Assembly (NCBI GenBank): GCA_964411565.1 | Contig: CAYPLB010000001.1 | Coordinates: 106,839-170,838 of the forward strand | Reading direction: 5' to 3' | DNA length: 64,000 nucleotides | From: Candidatus Woesearchaeota archaeon | Lineage (GTDB): Archaea > Nanobdellota > Nanobdellia > SCGC-AAA011-G17 > GW2011-AR17 | Shown: positions 27,904 through 37,361 of the stretch, piece after piece | Layout: each line of letters opens with the position of its first letter | Numbering within the stretch: position 1 is the first letter of the stretch | Made by a program: the position numbers and the translations under genes | Notes under the pieces: generated by a model | What the model was told of the DNA's origin: nothing | Database searches by the model: none | What the model saw: the letters and a program-made list of their open reading frames with translations, nothing else

Positions 27904-28836
27904 TCAAGCTTCTAAAACTTTTAATACTGTATCAACAAGGTTGTCTTTGTCAAGTCCATACTTTTTGTATAAGTCGTTTGGATTTCCACTCTCACCAAAG
28001 AAATCTTTTGGTAAACCAATCTTTGTTAAAGCAGCTCTTCCATCATTCTCAACAATTGCTGAAGCAACCATATCACCAAGTCCACCAATAACTCTGTGAT
28101 CCTCTATAGTTACTATTTGGTCATATTCTCTTGCAACTTTACCAACTGAAGCACCATCAAAAGGATGTATAGAAGGTACATTGATTACTTTTGTTGAAAT
28201 CTTATGTTTTTCTTCAAGTTCTTTAGCAGCTTCTAATGCAGTAGCAATTGTTCCTCCCTGTGCATATACTGCAATATCGTTACCTTGTCTAAGAGTTACT
28301 GTTCTACCTGGAATAAATCTATAATTCTCTTTATTTACTTCTAACATTGGTTGTCTACATAATCTTAAGTAAGCTGGGCTATTGCTTGTAGCAAGATGTT
28401 CCATAATTGCTTTTGTTTCTATTTCATCAGCAGGTTGGTATATTTCTAAACCTTGCATTGCTCGCATAATTGCTAAATCTCTTGTACCCATTTGAGTTGC
28501 ACCGTCTTTACCAATTGCTAAACCTGCATGAGTTCCAACTAAAACTACTGGAGCTCTGTTATAACAAATTGAATTTGCTATTTGGTTTGTTGCAACTTCC
28601 ATGAATGCACCAAAAGTACTGAAGAAAGGTCTGTAACCTGAAAGAGCTAAACCAGATGCAATACTAACAGCATTTGATTCTGCAATTCCACATTCAAAAA
28701 ATCTTTCTGGATATTGTTTGCCAAAAGCTTTTGTTTTTGTAGCACCACATAAGTCTGCACTTACTACTAAAATATTTTCATATCTTGAACCTAAATCTAA
28801 TAAAGATTCACCAAATGATTCTCTTGTTGATTTCAT
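27904..28836 (-). CDS. Transketolase, C-terminal (pyrimidine-binding) subunit
   Basis: STRESFG, VSADL, RFFECGIAESN, GKDGATQ, YLRLCR, TIEDH...GGLG. Confidence 0.95.
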   Translation of the reverse strand: MKSTRESFGESLLDLGSRYENILVVSADLCGATKTKAFGKQYPERFFECGIAESNAVSIASGLALSGYRPFFSTFGAFMEVATNQIANSICYNRAPVVLVGTHAGLAIGKDGATQMGTRDLAIMRAMQGLEIYQPADEIETKAIMEHLATSNSPAYLRLCRQPMLEVNKENYRFIPGRTVTLRQGNDIAVYAQGGTIATALEAAKELEEKHKISTKVINVPSIHPFDGASVGKVAREYDQIVTIEDHRVIGGLGDMVASAIVENDGRAALTKIGLPKDFFGESGNPNDLYKKYGLDKDNLVDTVLKVLEA

Positions 28837-29723
28837 TGATAACCTCCTAATTCAGTCATTGCTTTTTTGTAATCTGTATCTCCAATTTTTTTTGCGTGCC
28901 AGGACATTGTGTTTTCCATGAAAGAAACACCTTTGCCTTTAACAGTGTCAGCAATAATCATTGTTGGTTTGTCAGTAACTTCTCTTGCAATTTTGTAAGC
29001 ATCTAATAAGTCTCTATAATTATGGCCATCAGCTTCAATTACATTCCAACCAAAGGCTTCCCACATTTTGGGAAGTTGTTCTCTTGGAAGTAATCTTGTA
29101 GAAGCTCCATCATTTTGAAATTGGTTATAATCAGTTATTGCAAGTAAGTGACCTAGTTTACCTTCTCTTGCGAATGTTGAAGCAGACATAGCAGCTTCCC
29201 AAACTTGACCTTCTTGACTTTCACCATCACCAATAATTACATAAGTTCTTCTGTCTAAACCTTGAAGTTTTGCAGCTAAAGAATAACCAATAGCTCCACT
29301 TAATCCTTGGCCTAATGAACCTGTTGAAAAGTCAATGTATTCAGGTAAAGCAGTTCTAACTGGATGACCTTCAAGTCTACTGTCAACTTCTCTTAAAGTA
29401 TCAACAAGTTCTTTTTCAGGAATAAAATCACCAACTGCTAAAGCTGCGTATAATGCTGGAGCAGCATGACCTTTTGAAAGAATAAAAATATCTCTTTCAG
29501 TTGGAGCTGGTTCGAAGGTTGGTCTCTCTCCTGTTTTTGAGTGTCTTATTACATTTTTTGTTGGTACACCAAAATTCATCTCCTCAAAAAATAAACTAGT
29601 TACTAAATCAGTAACAGATAAAGATGGACCTGGATGACCTGATTGAGTTTTGTAAAGGGATTCTATGATTAATCTCCTTGCATGTAAACTCTTTTCTTCT
29701 AAATTTTTAATTTTATCTTTCAT
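28833..29723 (-). CDS. Transketolase, N-terminal (ThDP-binding) subunit
   Basis: SGHPGPSLS, LSKGHAAP, LEGHP, STGSLGQG, GDGESQEGQVWEA, TVKGKGVSFME...WH. Confidence 0.95.
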   Translation of the reverse strand: MKDKIKNLEEKSLHARRLIIESLYKTQSGHPGPSLSVTDLVTSLFFEEMNFGVPTKNVIRHSKTGERPTFEPAPTERDIFILSKGHAAPALYAALAVGDFIPEKELVDTLREVDSRLEGHPVRTALPEYIDFSTGSLGQGLSGAIGYSLAAKLQGLDRRTYVIIGDGESQEGQVWEAAMSASTFAREGKLGHLLAITDYNQFQNDGASTRLLPREQLPKMWEAFGWNVIEADGHNYRDLLDAYKIAREVTDKPTMIIADTVKGKGVSFMENTMSWHAKKIGDTDYKKAMTELGGYQ

Positions 29724-29724
29724 T

Positions 29725-30381
29725 TTATATCCTTAAATATTGATCAGCTACTTTACCTTTTAATATTCCAATCATTGCATGAAGAACATGTAATGATAAA
29801 TCTTCATATGTTAAATTAAAATCATTTCCACCAGTTTGGCCAGGGAATAATGAACCTTCACCAGGAATGATTATACAATGATCTGCTAAGTCTTTTGCAG
29901 TTCCACCATCTTTTCTTGCTCCAACAATTGCAATTGATTTTGCTCCATATTCTTTTGCAACTTCAAAAGCATTAATTACATTTCTAGAAGTTCCACTTCC
30001 AGTTAAACCAATAACTAGATCTCCTTCATCAATTTCATAGTTTCTTAATTGTTGTGCAAAAATTTGATCATAACCAAGATCATTTGCTAAGCCTGTTAAC
30101 ATTGCACCACTTGCGCCTAAATCTACAGTTCTTAGTCCTTGAATTCCTTTAGGTAAAGGTCTACTTTTATCTTCACTAACAAAGGGATGTGTGCTAAGAT
30201 CCATTAAAGCATGAGAAATTGTTCCAGCTGGACCACCATTTGCACATCCATAAACAGTTCCATTATCAAAATAAGTTTGAATTAATGTTTCTGAAGCCCT
30301 TCCTATTTCTTCACGAGGTAGACTCATTAAAGATTGTGCCGTTTCTGTTTGATATTGTCTTAGTAGTGTTTCGATTTTCAT
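29725..30381 (-). CDS. gmhA: SIS-domain sugar isomerase, GmhA (sedoheptulose-7-phosphate isomerase)-like
   Basis: CANGG, LTGLANDLGYDQIFAQQL, GLTGSGTSRNVINA, YEDL..H..H; start at ATG 30381 after GGAGG. Confidence 0.75.
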   Translation of the reverse strand: MKIETLLRQYQTETAQSLMSLPREEIGRASETLIQTYFDNGTVYGCANGGPAGTISHALMDLSTHPFVSEDKSRPLPKGIQGLRTVDLGASGAMLTGLANDLGYDQIFAQQLRNYEIDEGDLVIGLTGSGTSRNVINAFEVAKEYGAKSIAIVGARKDGGTAKDLADHCIIIPGEGSLFPGQTGGNDFNLTYEDLSLHVLHAMIGILKGKVADQYLRI

Positions 30382-31972
30382 TTTTTTCCTCCAGTAGTTC
30401 AAAAAGCATTAGTTTTCCTAAGTAGTATAGGAAAATGTTGTAAGGTGTATGATGTAATGGTGCAATATTTGGGAAATGTAGAGCACCAAGCACCTTAACT
30501 TTGTAGAGATCGTAATTATTGGCTTTAATAAAGTTGTGAAAGATTTTTCTGAATCTTAGAAGGTTTCCTTTGGCTAAATAATTGAAATTTATTTGGTTCC
30601 CTTTTTTCTTTACAAAGAATTCGTTTCTTCTAATTATTTCTCCATTGATAATTAATGCATGTTCTAATTTTGCAAAATCATAGTAAATATCTCCAAATTC
30701 TAAAATACCTCCAAAGTCGTGTCTCCAGTCAATTAAAACAGAATCTCCATTGTTTTTCATAATAATATTTTCAGGTTGGAAATCTCCATGAAATAATACT
30801 GGAACACCTTCACAGAATCTGTCCCAATCAATTCTTTCTAATAAAGAAGCCATTGTTGGAACTCTTACACCATTTATAGTTTCTTCTTCATCTTGAATTC
30901 CAGTTCTTAAGTAAAAATCTTTTATTCTACTCTTTGTCTTTCCTTCAATGAAATTTTTACATGCTTCTTTGAATTTAATTTTTTGTTCGTCAGTTAATTC
31001 TTTCTCTTTCCATAAAGTTTCTTTTTGTTTTTTTAGAAGATTTTTGAAATTTTCTTGATCAAAAGTTTCTGAAAGCATTTTTCCTTCAATCATTTCGTAT
31101 GCATAAAAATGAGGTTTACTTAATGTAATCTCAGGAACAATTCCTTTTAGTAAATTTGCTCTATCTACTCTGTCTTTTGCAGATTTTGGATTTGCAAAAT
31201 ATTTTATTACTTTGTTGTTTTCAAAATATATGAATTCGTTTAATTTTGGTAAGACTTTATTTTTACTGAAATTAATACAAGTAATTTCATAAGAGTTTTG
31301 ATCTCCTGTGTTATACCATGTGAAAGGAATTGCTTCTAGTTTATGTTCAATTAGAGTGTTTAACCCATTTGAAACCTGAAGTTCATTTTTTATTAATTCA
31401 CTTTTACTTTCTTCTAAACCTTCCCAGAATTCTTTGTAGTTTTTTACTCCAGCCATTCCAATGAAAGCATTGTCTAAGATTGTTTTGTAGTCTAAACAAA
31501 CTTGTAATAGTATCTCTGTTTCAAATTTGTCAAAGAATTTTATAACTCTATCATTAACAACTTCTGAAATACAAAAGTTTTGTGAGTTTTTTACAGGTGC
31601 AACTCCTATCCAATTCCTTGTAGGTTTGGGAATGTCTTCTGCAACTAATGTATCACATGAAGTAAAAATAAATGGACAATTTAGGTGTGGTTTACAAGAT
31701 AATAAAGAAAGTCCTGGACCTGAGCCTGGGCCGTCCCAATTTTCTACTTCTACAAAAGTAATTAATCTGTCTGGATGAGTTATAGCTAAGTAATCTTTTA
31801 CTTGTTGTGCTTTATATCCAAGAGGTATTACTATTTCAACATCCTTAGGAAATTTTTCAATAATTCTTGATATAGCTGATTTATGGCCAACTGGAAGTAG
31901 AGCATTATTAACTAGTTCTGAATATTTTACTCTGTTATTTTTTCCTGCAGCTAAAATACAAACTTTATACAT
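30311..31972 (-). CDS. Fusion of an NTP transferase and an APH/choline-kinase-like phosphotransferase
   Basis: VCILAAGK, FTSCDT; C-terminal FHGDFQPENI, LIDWR, GDIYYDFAKL. Confidence 0.85.
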   Translation of the reverse strand: MYKVCILAAGKNNRVKYSELVNNALLPVGHKSAISRIIEKFPKDVEIVIPLGYKAQQVKDYLAITHPDRLITFVEVENWDGPGSGPGLSLLSCKPHLNCPFIFTSCDTLVAEDIPKPTRNWIGVAPVKNSQNFCISEVVNDRVIKFFDKFETEILLQVCLDYKTILDNAFIGMAGVKNYKEFWEGLEESKSELIKNELQVSNGLNTLIEHKLEAIPFTWYNTGDQNSYEITCINFSKNKVLPKLNEFIYFENNKVIKYFANPKSAKDRVDRANLLKGIVPEITLSKPHFYAYEMIEGKMLSETFDQENFKNLLKKQKETLWKEKELTDEQKIKFKEACKNFIEGKTKSRIKDFYLRTGIQDEEETINGVRVPTMASLLERIDWDRFCEGVPVLFHGDFQPENIIMKNNGDSVLIDWRHDFGGILEFGDIYYDFAKLEHALIINGEIIRRNEFFVKKKGNQINFNYLAKGNLLRFRKIFHNFIKANNYDLYKVKVLGALHFPNIAPLHHTPYNIFLYYLGKLMLFELLEEKNENRNTTKTISNRNGTIFNESTS

Positions 31973-33227
31973 TCACTCCTCCTCCAAGGTGTTCAGAAAC
32001 AATTCTCCCTGATTGTCTTCCAGAATCATCACTGATCCTTTCAACATCATCAAGTTCTGGAGTTGATGTTTCGTAAGCTACATAATCTGTAACTGAAATA
32101 ACTCTGTGAACAATACCTTTTCTTGATGTCCAAAATTGTCCAGGTTTTCTTCTTTCTTTGTAATCATTTAAATTTAAAGATAAAACCTCTTTGTTGGTTT
32201 CTTCTCTTGGTTTTGTTAAATCAATTTCAATTCCATCAATAACATCTGCTTCACCTTCTGTTAAATAATTTGTTTCAAGCTTGTTTAAGTGGTATTGTAA
32301 ACTACATTGATTTCCAGCTGTCATCCAAATTTGTTTTAATACATGAAGGTTTGTCCAAGAAATCCAAAGTTCTCCACCCCAAGGTTTGTTAACTTTTTTT
32401 GGATCCTTTATTATTTTGAATGTTGTTAAAGGTCTTTCTATTTGGGTTTGTCCGTCGTCGATAATTTCTTTTATTAAAAACCCTTGAGGGACTTCAGAAT
32501 GTGTTGAAAACGCTAAGAAATCTTTGCTAATTTCTTTTAGTTGATATTCTTCATTTGGAATTGTAATAAAACCTTGGCCTTCTCTAAGTAAAACTTTTTC
32601 TGAAGTGAAAGAATTTTTTATCTCTAATATAGCTTGACCTTTGTGAATGTAAGTTGTCCTTAAATTTTTTGATTTGAAAGTTTCAGTTTCACTTTTGTTG
32701 TTATATAACCATTTTTCAAAGGTGTATCTTGGTGTTTTATCAATAAGTTCTATTTTTATTGAACTTTTATCTTCACTAAAAAATCTTTTATTTATTTCAA
32801 TACAAGCATCGCAAACAGCACCTTCAGCTGAATTAGATTCTGTTACAAAGTCTGCTGACATTTTAGCTTCTCTTCTTGCATTTTGAGGAGCTATTCCAAA
32901 TGCACATGCTTTTAAAATTGGAGCATCATGAATACTGTCACCAATAAATATAGTTTCATTTAAATTAAAGTTTTTTTTCATGTAATCAGATCTGCTTTCT
33001 TCTGAAACTAGTTCTAAATCATAACCCATATCATCTTGGATTCTTTTTTTTGTAATGAGAAAACCTCTCTTGTCTGCTGTTATAAATTTTATTTTTATTT
33101 TGTCTTTAATTAATTTTAGTCCATCTGAATCATGTGGTCCAAATATTTTGTAAATTTTGCCTTTTTCAGAATATAAAAATTGTCCTGTGGTCATAACACC
33201 ATCTACATCTAGTATAAAGTTTTTCAT
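31965..33227 (-). CDS. Fusion of a KdsC-like HAD phosphatase and cupin domain(s)
   Basis: ILDVDGVMT, FIGDSIHD, EGAV; C-terminal KPWGGELW, CSLQYH..KLET, HRV, ETSTPELDDV. Confidence 0.85.
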   Translation of the reverse strand: MKNFILDVDGVMTTGQFLYSEKGKIYKIFGPHDSDGLKLIKDKIKIKFITADKRGFLITKKRIQDDMGYDLELVSEESRSDYMKKNFNLNETIFIGDSIHDAPILKACAFGIAPQNARREAKMSADFVTESNSAEGAVCDACIEINKRFFSEDKSSIKIELIDKTPRYTFEKWLYNNKSETETFKSKNLRTTYIHKGQAILEIKNSFTSEKVLLREGQGFITIPNEEYQLKEISKDFLAFSTHSEVPQGFLIKEIIDDGQTQIERPLTTFKIIKDPKKVNKPWGGELWISWTNLHVLKQIWMTAGNQCSLQYHLNKLETNYLTEGEADVIDGIEIDLTKPREETNKEVLSLNLNDYKERRKPGQFWTSRKGIVHRVISVTDYVAYETSTPELDDVERISDDSGRQSGRIVSEHLGGGVNV

Positions 33228-34037
33228 TTATTTTCCTCCCAGTAAATTAATTACTGCTCTTTGCATTTCTTCAACAGGTGCATCTTGTCCTGTATATAAT
33301 TTAAATTGTGCTGCAGCCTGACCAACACACATAACATAACCAGGAATAACAGTTAAATCTAATTCTTTTGCTTCTCTTATTATTCTTGATTCAATAGGTG
33401 AAGTAACAACATCATAAACAACTTCAAAATTGTTTAGATTCATTTGAGGATAAGGAGTTTCATCAGAATTCATACCTATTGAAGTAGCATTAATTAGTAA
33501 ATATCCATTTTCATTTCTTCTTTCTTCCCAATCAATAACTTTTGCTTCTAAAGTTGATGCAAGTTGTTCAGCTTTTCCTCTTGATCTGTTACTTATGTAT
33601 AAGTCTCCACCTTTTTCAATTACAGCAAGACCAATTGCTTTTGCTACACCACCAGCACCTAGCATTAAAATTTTTTTTCCGTTAATTTCTGGAAGAGCAT
33701 CTTTTGCACCTGAATAATCTGTATTGTATCCAATAAGTCTGCCATTATCATTTAGAATTGTGTTTACTGCACCAATAGTTGAAACTTTTGGATCAATTAA
33801 ATCTAAAAAAGGAATTACTAATGGTTTAAATGGCATTGATACACTACAACCTCTAATGCCAGTTGCTCTAACTGTTTGTAATAATTCTGGAAGTTTTGTT
33901 TCGTCTTCTAAACCTAAAGGCTGATAATGGAAATTTAATCCTAAAGCATTATATCCAACATTGTGAACTGTAAAACCAAATTTACCAGGGTATTTTGCTA
34001 AAGAAATACATAGTGTAGGTGGGGTATTTTTTTTCAT
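33228..34037 (-). CDS. aroE: Shikimate dehydrogenase family protein, SdhL (HI0607)-type
   Basis: LCISLAKYPGKFG..HN, GCSVSMPFK, GAVNTI, GYNTD, LGAGGVA, INATSIGM, QAAAQFKLYTG. Confidence 0.85.
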   Translation of the reverse strand: MKKNTPPTLCISLAKYPGKFGFTVHNVGYNALGLNFHYQPLGLEDETKLPELLQTVRATGIRGCSVSMPFKPLVIPFLDLIDPKVSTIGAVNTILNDNGRLIGYNTDYSGAKDALPEINGKKILMLGAGGVAKAIGLAVIEKGGDLYISNRSRGKAEQLASTLEAKVIDWEERRNENGYLLINATSIGMNSDETPYPQMNLNNFEVVYDVVTSPIESRIIREAKELDLTVIPGYVMCVGQAAAQFKLYTGQDAPVEEMQRAVINLLGGK

Positions 34038-34074
34038 GTTTTTGATCCTATTTTATCCTCTTTATAAATTTTAT

Positions 34075-34791
34075 TTATTTAAGATAGTCAATAGTTTTTT
34101 GAGTACTATCTGGGGAGTAATCGTCAATAAAAAGTATTTCTCCTTCTTTTAATTCTCTACCAATTTCTCTTTGAGTTGCTTCAATTAATGCATCTTCTGG
34201 AAGAGTTCTTGTTAAAGCAATATTTTTTCTTACTCCTGCTGTTATTGAACCAGCTAATCCTAAAGGAGAATCTTCCCAAACTGCACAATACTTTGGTGGT
34301 ACTCTTAACATTCCTGCAGCATAAACAAATACATCTGGTTCTGGTTTGTGTCTTAAATCCAGTTCTGAAGTTAAACAAATATTTCCATCGAATAATGCAC
34401 TTGTTCCTCTAATCTTATCTGAAATATAAAATTGATCTGAGCCTGATGCAACTGCCACTGGTGTATTAGGAAATGCTTCTCTTATTTTTTGATAATGTTC
34501 TAAGAAACCTGGAACATGAGAAGCAACTTCTGCATACCATGCATGAATCATTGGCATTCTAACTTTTGAAAGCTCTTGAGCTGTTACTTTTCCTTTTAAT
34601 CCATGAACATCAATTAATACTTCTAAACCTGGGATTTCAGGTTTTCCAGAAAAATGTCTTCTTAAGTCTGGATCAAATTTTACATTATATGGTTTTAAAA
34701 TTTCTGTGTTCATGTTAACTAATGCTTGTTCTATGTCAATTACTATTCCGTCATGATCAAATAAGAATCCTTTTATGTTAGTGTCTACCAT
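34075..34791 (-). CDS. HAD family phosphatase (beta-phosphoglucomutase-like)
   Basis: FDHDGIVID, VASGS, KPEPDVF, WEDSPLG. Confidence 0.9.
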   Translation of the reverse strand: MVDTNIKGFLFDHDGIVIDIEQALVNMNTEILKPYNVKFDPDLRRHFSGKPEIPGLEVLIDVHGLKGKVTAQELSKVRMPMIHAWYAEVASHVPGFLEHYQKIREAFPNTPVAVASGSDQFYISDKIRGTSALFDGNICLTSELDLRHKPEPDVFVYAAGMLRVPPKYCAVWEDSPLGLAGSITAGVRKNIALTRTLPEDALIEATQREIGRELKEGEILFIDDYSPDSTQKTIDYLK

Positions 34792-34823
34792 TTGGCAACA
34801 ACAATGATTTCGTTTTAAAAGTT

Positions 34824-35687
34824 TTATGAAGAAATAGTAGATTCTCTTAGTGCTAAAACTGCACCGAAAAGACCTGCATTGTCGCCTAAAGAAGAAGGTT
34901 TTATTATAGGCTGCATTTTGAAGTTTTCTAGAATTTTGTTTGTTTCATTTATTAGTTTTGGATGACTTGCGCCTCCACCAATTACAATTGAATCTGGATC
35001 AAATGTTCTAATAGCATTATGACAAAAAATTGCTAAAATTTTTGCAGTTTCTTTTAATGTTTTTTCTGTCATTTCATTATTAGTATACCAAATCTCACTA
35101 GTTCTCTCTAGATTGCCTCCTCTTTTATTGTGTCTATTTAGAATGCTTTTACCTTTTAGGATACTATCCCAAGTTCCACTTTTTGCTCCAAAAATAATTG
35201 AATCCGATTCTATATCAAAAATTGTGTTACTAATCTCTCCAGCTTTTCCGTTTGATCCATTGTAAAGATTTTTGTTAATAATAATTCCTGCACCAACTCC
35301 AGTACCTAAAGTAAAACCAATCATATTTTGTGTATTTCTGCCAGCACCAATTCTGTTTTCAGCTAATGTGAAACAATTTCCATCATTTTCTAAAACTAGA
35401 GGAATGTTAATGTTTAGTTCTTTTTTTAAGTCAACTCCATTTAATATTGGTACATTTGGTGTATCAATAATGGTTGTTTCTTTGAATAAACCTGGAACTG
35501 CAAAGCCTATTCCTGATATAGAAAATTCATTTGAGAACTCTTTTAATTGTTCTTTTATTTGGTTAATCATAAAATCTTTTCCTTTATGAATTGCAGTTTC
35601 TAGAATAGTTTTTTTAATTAAATTATTATTTTCGTCAATTAAAGCAAATGCTATTTTTGTTCCACCTAAGTCAATCCCTATTTCCAT
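34824..35687 (-). CDS. ROK family sugar kinase
   Basis: IGIDLGGTKI, PG, LENDGNCFTLAE, TLGTGVGAGII, VIGGG, AGLFGA; lacks the CxCGxxGC zinc motif. Confidence 0.9.
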   Translation of the reverse strand: MEIGIDLGGTKIAFALIDENNNLIKKTILETAIHKGKDFMINQIKEQLKEFSNEFSISGIGFAVPGLFKETTIIDTPNVPILNGVDLKKELNINIPLVLENDGNCFTLAENRIGAGRNTQNMIGFTLGTGVGAGIIINKNLYNGSNGKAGEISNTIFDIESDSIIFGAKSGTWDSILKGKSILNRHNKRGGNLERTSEIWYTNNEMTEKTLKETAKILAIFCHNAIRTFDPDSIVIGGGASHPKLINETNKILENFKMQPIIKPSSLGDNAGLFGAVLALRESTISS

Positions 35688-35778
35688 CTTTAATCAGAAA
35701 GTATAAGATTTATTTATAAAATTTTGGTATTAATACTTTACCAATAATTTTATAAGTTTGGTCAAATAAAGGAGGAAA

Positions 35779-37146
35779 ATGGAAAATGTGGTGTTTATTG
35801 ATCCTTCACATAAAGGATCTACTGAGGAATTTAATTGTGGATTACTAACAATTGGAACTTATTTAGATTCTAAAGGTTATAAAGTTAATTTGATTTTTTC
35901 TTCAAATGATTATAGTGTGTTTGATCAATATATTAATGATGAAACTGTTTATGTAGGTATTTCTGCAATGACTACACAAATTCCAGAAGCATTGAAAGTT
36001 TTGAAATATGTAAAAGAAAAATGGCCTAAAGTAACAATTGTTTTTGGAGGTTATCATTCGATTTTGTATCCTGAACAAACTTTAGAACATAAAGATATAG
36101 ATTTTATTTGTTTAGGAGATGGTGTTGAACTTTGTGAAGAATTAATTTTAGCTTTGAAAGGAAAAAAAGAATTTAAGGATATTAAGGGTTTAGGTTATAA
36201 AGAAAATGGTAATTTGAAGTTTAATGAGAAATGTGCTCATACAGATCTTTCTATTATTCCAAGGATGAATTATGGTTTAGTTCATGATTTTAAGCCAATT
36301 GAAAGAAAATTACATTTTAATAAAGGTGAAAAAGTTAAAACAGGAATTGTTTTCTCAGGGAATGGCTGTCCCTTTTCTTGTACTTTTTGTATTAATTCTG
36401 CTATGCAAAGGAAATGGCAAGGAAGAGATATAGAATTAGTCTTAGATGAAATTGAATGGTTTATTAATGAACATGAAGTTAATGATATTTATTTGATAGA
36501 TGAATTATTTTTTGTAAAGAAAGAAAGGTTCTTTCAATTTTTAGATGGGATTGAAAAAAGAAATTTGAATTTTACTTGGAACTCTCAATGTAGAGCAGAA
36601 TATTTTGGAGATCATTATTTATCTGTAGATGTTTTGAAGAGAATGAGAAAATTGGGAGCTAGTGGAATTTTGTTAGGAGTTGAATCTGGCTCACAGAGAA
36701 TGTTAAATAAAATGAGGAAAGGAATTAAAGTTAGTAGTGTCATCAAAGCAGTTGAAATGATGGGGGAAGCTGGAATTGTTCCAAGAGCTAGTTTTATTAT
36801 TGGAATGCCTGGTGAAACTCGAGACGATATGTTGAGAACTTTTAAGTTGATCATAGAATTGTATAAAATAAATTCGAATCTGTATTTACATGGACCAAGT
36901 ATTTATAGACCTTATCCAGGTGGTTTAATGTATGATGAATTGTTGGAATCAGGACATTATAGTCATCCAAAAAAATTGGAGAAGTGGGATTTAGTAGATT
37001 CTTCTTGGAATGATAGATATCTTCTAAAAGATTCAGATTGGATTGAAGAAAAAGATTTAATTTTAGATATTAAGGATACTTTAAATGTTTTTAAGAAATT
37101 TAAGAAAAGAAAAATGTTTGATGTTGCTAGATTCTTTTTGAAGTAA
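35779..37146 (+). CDS. B12-binding-domain radical SAM protein; the frame reopens after the TAA and runs to 37320
   Basis: VGISAMT, GGYH, GCPFSCTFC (CxxxCxxC), GVESGSQRML, FIIGMPGET; GGAGG ribosome binding site. Confidence 0.9.
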   Translation: MENVVFIDPSHKGSTEEFNCGLLTIGTYLDSKGYKVNLIFSSNDYSVFDQYINDETVYVGISAMTTQIPEALKVLKYVKEKWPKVTIVFGGYHSILYPEQTLEHKDIDFICLGDGVELCEELILALKGKKEFKDIKGLGYKENGNLKFNEKCAHTDLSIIPRMNYGLVHDFKPIERKLHFNKGEKVKTGIVFSGNGCPFSCTFCINSAMQRKWQGRDIELVLDEIEWFINEHEVNDIYLIDELFFVKKERFFQFLDGIEKRNLNFTWNSQCRAEYFGDHYLSVDVLKRMRKLGASGILLGVESGSQRMLNKMRKGIKVSSVIKAVEMMGEAGIVPRASFIIGMPGETRDDMLRTFKLIIELYKINSNLYLHGPSIYRPYPGGLMYDELLESGHYSHPKKLEKWDLVDSSWNDRYLLKDSDWIEEKDLILDIKDTLNVFKKFKKRKMFDVARFFLK

Positions 37147-37361
37147 GTATATTATCAAGAAAAGCTGATGGAATTTTTACTTAAGAAATTACCTTATATG
37201 GATCCAAGTGCTAAAACTTTATTTAGACCTGATTTGGATAGATCATATATGAATCTTTTGAGAATGACAGATGAAATTGATGTTTTAGATGCAGAAAAAG
37301 TTATGGTTGAAGCAAAGTAAGTATCCATAAGCTTTAAAAGTAGTTTTTTTAACAAAATCTT

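Noticed and set aside
30311..30381. 71-nt overlap of the kinase fusion with gmhA as a programmed frameshift
   Set aside because: gmhA has its own GGAGG and ATG; the tail looks like a simple run-on to the next stop, and the A7 run alone is weak evidence
33228..34037. Evidence for an aromatic amino acid (shikimate) pathway operon
   Set aside because: No aroA/B/C/D/K genes nearby and the sequence is SdhL-like
16700..37146. Alternative genetic code or systematic stop-codon readthrough to explain the in-frame TAG and TAA
   Set aside because: TAA, TAG and TGA all terminate conserved genes at the expected positions (for example gmd, fen, trm5, transketolase). The interruptions involve different codons and are too few
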